A stretch of 64,000 bases of DNA from the NCBI GenBank assembly GCA_965203435.1, contig CBDBCU010000005.1:202977-266976 (forward strand), in the 5' to 3' direction. The stretch comes from Dehalococcoidia bacterium. Lineage in GTDB: Bacteria; Chloroflexota; Dehalococcoidia; Lucifugimonadales; UBA3495. The notes beneath the pieces were generated by a model that did not search any database, was not told where the DNA came from, and worked only from the letters and a program-made list of their open reading frames with translations. The position numbers and the translations under genes were made by a program. Below, piece by piece: positions 61,472 through 64,000 of this stretch (positions are counted from its first letter, which is position 1; the number at the start of each line of letters is the position of its first letter).

Positions 61472-63019
61472 ATTCTTACCGAACTGGCCCAATTCTTTGC
61501 CGCCGCCCGGCTGCCCGAGGGCGGCCGGGCTTATCTGGTCGGCGGTTTCCTGCGGGACGCCCTGCGCGCCAGCGGCCGCAGTACGATTGACAGCTCGCCG
61601 CCGGCCGCCCATGACCTGGACTTGGCCGTCCCCCTGCTGGGCGCTGCCTTGCAGAACTTGGCCCGGGAATTGGCCGACCAATTGACCGGCGCCTATGTAG
61701 CCCTCAGCCCGGCCCGCAATGTGGCGCGCATTGTGGTCAATGCCAATGCGCCGGGACAACCGCAACAAGTCATCGACCTGGCCGGCTTTCCGGGCGGCTG
61801 GTTTCATGGCGATGACTTGACCGCCATCCACGAGGATTTGCAACTGCGGGATTTTACCGTCAACGCCCTGGCCTTGCCGCTGGACGAATGGCGGCCGGGG
61901 CCGGTTTCCGATTGGGCCGACCGCATTATCGATCCCAACGGCGGGCGGGCTGATTTGGCGCAAAAGCGGATCCGCGCTGTCCATCCCGAAGTATTCCGGC
62001 ATGATCCGGGCCGGCTGCTGCGCGGCGTCCGCTTGGCCGGGCAGTTGCAGTTTCGCCTGGAACCGGAAACGGCCCGGCAAATCCGCGCTGATGCCCCCCT
62101 GCTGGCGCGGGTTTCCCCGGAACGGGTGCGGGATGAATTGCTGCAAATCCTGGCCGCCGACCAAGCCCGGGCGCAGCTGGAAGTGCTGGATCGGCTGGAT
62201 TTGCTTTGCCGCCTTATCCCGGAACTGGCTTTGACCAAGGGCGTTGAACAGCCCCGGGCCTATCATTATTGGGATGTGTGGCAGCACCTGTTGCACACGG
62301 TAGAATATGCGGAACGGATTACCCGGGGGCATCAACATTCGGCTATCTACACCCTGGCCCCCTGGACGGCGGAGATGGCGGCGCACTTTGCCCCGGCCAC
62401 GGACGGCAGTCCGCCGCGCCGCGCCCTGCTGAAACTGGCCGCCCTGCTCCACGACATCGCCAAACCGCAAACCCGCAGCGTTGACGAGGCTGGTCGCATC
62501 CGTTTTTTCGGCCATTCGGAACAGGGGGCGGCTATGACCCGGGAACGGCTGACCCAACTGCGGCTCCCATCCCGCAGCATTGCCCTGGTCAGCAAAATGG
62601 TGGAGCTGCACCTGCGCCCGGCCCAATTGCGGCCGGGGGACGAAATGCCCTCCCGCCGGGCCATTTACCGCTACTTTCGGGATGCCGGGGACGCCGCTAT
62701 TGATACCATCTACCTGGCTTTAGCCGACTATCTGGCGGCCCGGGGGCCGGAGTTGGATGCTGCCGCTTGGGCCCATCACGCCGCAATGCTGACCTATGTT
62801 TTGCAGACCGGAACCGGCCAAATTTCCAATCGGCCGGCCGCCGGCCCGCCGCGACTGCTGAACGGCAACGATTTAATGCAGCATTTCGGCCTGTCGCCCG
62901 GCCCGCAAATCGGCCGCCTGCTGGCGGAATTGGCCGAGGCCCAAGCCGTCGGGGAAATAACCACCGCAGCGGCGGCGTTGGAACGGGCGGCGGCGTTGCT
63001 GGCGGCGGGTAAGGTGTAA
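61472..63019 (+). CDS. cca: CCA-adding enzyme / poly(A) polymerase family nucleotidyltransferase with HD domain
   Basis: The conserved N-terminus (..AYLVGGFLRDALR...HDLDLAV..) lies upstream of the tracked TTG (61622). The frame opens after TAG 61454-61456 and has no ATG, GTG or TTG before the motif. ATT at 61472 sits 8 nt after AGGAG (61459-61463). HD motif is LLHDIAKP. Confidence 0.7.
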   Translation: MLTELAQFFAAARLPEGGRAYLVGGFLRDALRASGRSTIDSSPPAAHDLDLAVPLLGAALQNLARELADQLTGAYVALSPARNVARIVVNANAPGQPQQVIDLAGFPGGWFHGDDLTAIHEDLQLRDFTVNALALPLDEWRPGPVSDWADRIIDPNGGRADLAQKRIRAVHPEVFRHDPGRLLRGVRLAGQLQFRLEPETARQIRADAPLLARVSPERVRDELLQILAADQARAQLEVLDRLDLLCRLIPELALTKGVEQPRAYHYWDVWQHLLHTVEYAERITRGHQHSAIYTLAPWTAEMAAHFAPATDGSPPRRALLKLAALLHDIAKPQTRSVDEAGRIRFFGHSEQGAAMTRERLTQLRLPSRSIALVSKMVELHLRPAQLRPGDEMPSRRAIYRYFRDAGDAAIDTIYLALADYLAARGPELDAAAWAHHAAMLTYVLQTGTGQISNRPAAGPPRLLNGNDLMQHFGLSPGPQIGRLLAELAEAQAVGEITTAAAALERAAALLAAGKV

Positions 63020-63101
63020 CCCCAGGACAAGTCACCATCAGTCAGAGTTCCCCGAATACGCCGATGGCTTGGGGATTGGCTGTAGGGGTGGAATGTATCT
63101 G

Positions 63102-63142
63102 GGAAATACCGGCGGCGGCCGGGGCTTGCCGCCGGTATTTCC
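63102..63142 (+). terminator. 15-bp stem hairpin downstream of the cca-family gene (no clear U-tract)
   Basis: GGAAATACCGGCGGC - 11 nt - GCCGCCGGTATTTCC. Confidence 0.4.
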
Positions 63143-63190
63143 ATTAAGGTATAGTGGTCGAAAGTAAGTAAGCGGCACGGGAGCGCAGCG

Positions 63191-64000
63191 GTGAAAATCG
63201 TTTCGGTAATCAACTACAAGGGCGGCGTCGGCAAAACCACCGTCGTTGCCAACCTTGCCGCTGAAATGGCGTGGCGGGGGGAACGGGTCTTGCTGATTGA
63301 CCTGGATCCGCAGGCCAGCCTCACCTTTTCTTTCCTTGATGTGGGCGTCTGGCGGCACAATTACGCCGACAACAGGACCATCCGCAACTGGTACGACGCC
63401 TATATCGACCAAGACTTGAACCTTGCCCTGCCCTCGCTTATTGTCCGGCCGCGGCCGATAAACCGGACTGTCAGTGAAAGCGAGACCCCGGGCAATGTTG
63501 ACCTGCTTTGCTCGCACTTGTCTCTGATTAACATAGACTTGGAGTTGGCGACTCGTCTTGCCGGTGCTGGCCCCCGGCAGAGCCGAAACAATTTCCTGCG
63601 ATTGCACGCCCGGTTGCGCGACGGGTTGGAGACCCCGGCGATCCAGGAAAATTATGATTATGTCCTGATTGACTGTCCGCCGAACTTCAACATCGTAACG
63701 AAAACGGCGATTGTCGCCAGCGACCGGGTGCTGATACCGACTATCCCGGATTATTTGTCCACGTTGGGCATTAGCCAGTTGGAGCGTCATATCGCCGAGC
63801 TGGTTAGTGATTTTAACGAATACGCCGGGCAAGCCGGCGCGCTGGACTACGCCCCCACGGCTCCGTCCATTATGGGCGTAATACCAACTATGGTGCAGAT
63901 CCATGCCGGCCGCCCGATTAACGCCCACTCCACCTTTATTGAGCGTATCCGGCGCACCGGATTGCCGGTGTTTGACCGGTTCATCCGCCGCGTTAATACC
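63191..64000 (+). CDS. ParA/MinD-superfamily ATPase (partial, runs off the window)
   Basis: GTG start. VKIVSVINYKGGVGKTTVVANLA is a deviant Walker A, followed by ..VLLIDLDPQ.. and ..YVLIDCPP.. It is absent from the ORF track because no stop is reached. The tracked antisense ORF 63038..63928 is discarded. Confidence 0.8.
   Translation, partial: MKIVSVINYKGGVGKTTVVANLAAEMAWRGERVLLIDLDPQASLTFSFLDVGVWRHNYADNRTIRNWYDAYIDQDLNLALPSLIVRPRPINRTVSESETPGNVDLLCSHLSLINIDLELATRLAGAGPRQSRNNFLRLHARLRDGLETPAIQENYDYVLIDCPPNFNIVTKTAIVASDRVLIPTIPDYLSTLGISQLERHIAELVSDFNEYAGQAGALDYAPTAPSIMGVIPTMVQIHAGRPINAHSTFIERIRRTGLPVFDRFIRRVNT

Overview
This is a GC-rich bacterial chromosomal window. The taxon cannot be fixed from here. 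Leaderless TATAAT-N7-ATG promoters, the gene content and the repeat families give it a Chloroflexota-like look, but that is inference only. I count about 60 credible protein genes and found no rRNA, tRNA or CRISPR array.

Housekeeping blocks are obg-nadD-pyrE, a ygfZ-like gene, ctaB and ctaA, an ABC-2 exporter, cobS, pgpA, nfo, secDF, def and a cca-family gene. They are interleaved with accessory material:
- (i) Two tandem rhodanese genes carry an in-frame TGA at the catalytic Cys codon, making them candidate selenoproteins.
- (ii) A BacNav channel has a TLDDW selectivity filter.
- (iii) A MmeI-like type IIG restriction-modification fusion sits next to a heptad-repeat protein.
- (iv) A glycan locus (flippase, Wzy/O-antigen-ligase-like, GT4) is preceded by four tandem GT-C paralogues. 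Each has its own promoter and carries unassigned C-terminal Cys-pair repeat modules.
- (v) A three-member secreted-protein family shares a near-identical promoter, 5' hairpin and N-terminal module but has divergent C-terminal modules.
- (vi) A toxin-antitoxin islet holds higBA, hicB-hicAB and PIN/UPF0175.
- (vii) A two-gene module recurs: a DTGF retropepsin-like protease plus a small repeat-domain partner (two intact copies, one decayed).
- (viii) Five DnaA boxes cluster between obg and a GREEG-repeat membrane protein gene.
- (ix) An IS6-family element carries a translationally coupled DNA methyltransferase passenger. A cognate 143-bp MITE lies nearby, and both have 8-bp target duplications.

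Nearly every intergenic region is filled by four families of hairpin-forming interspersed repeats. These also generate many spurious ORFs in the six-frame track.
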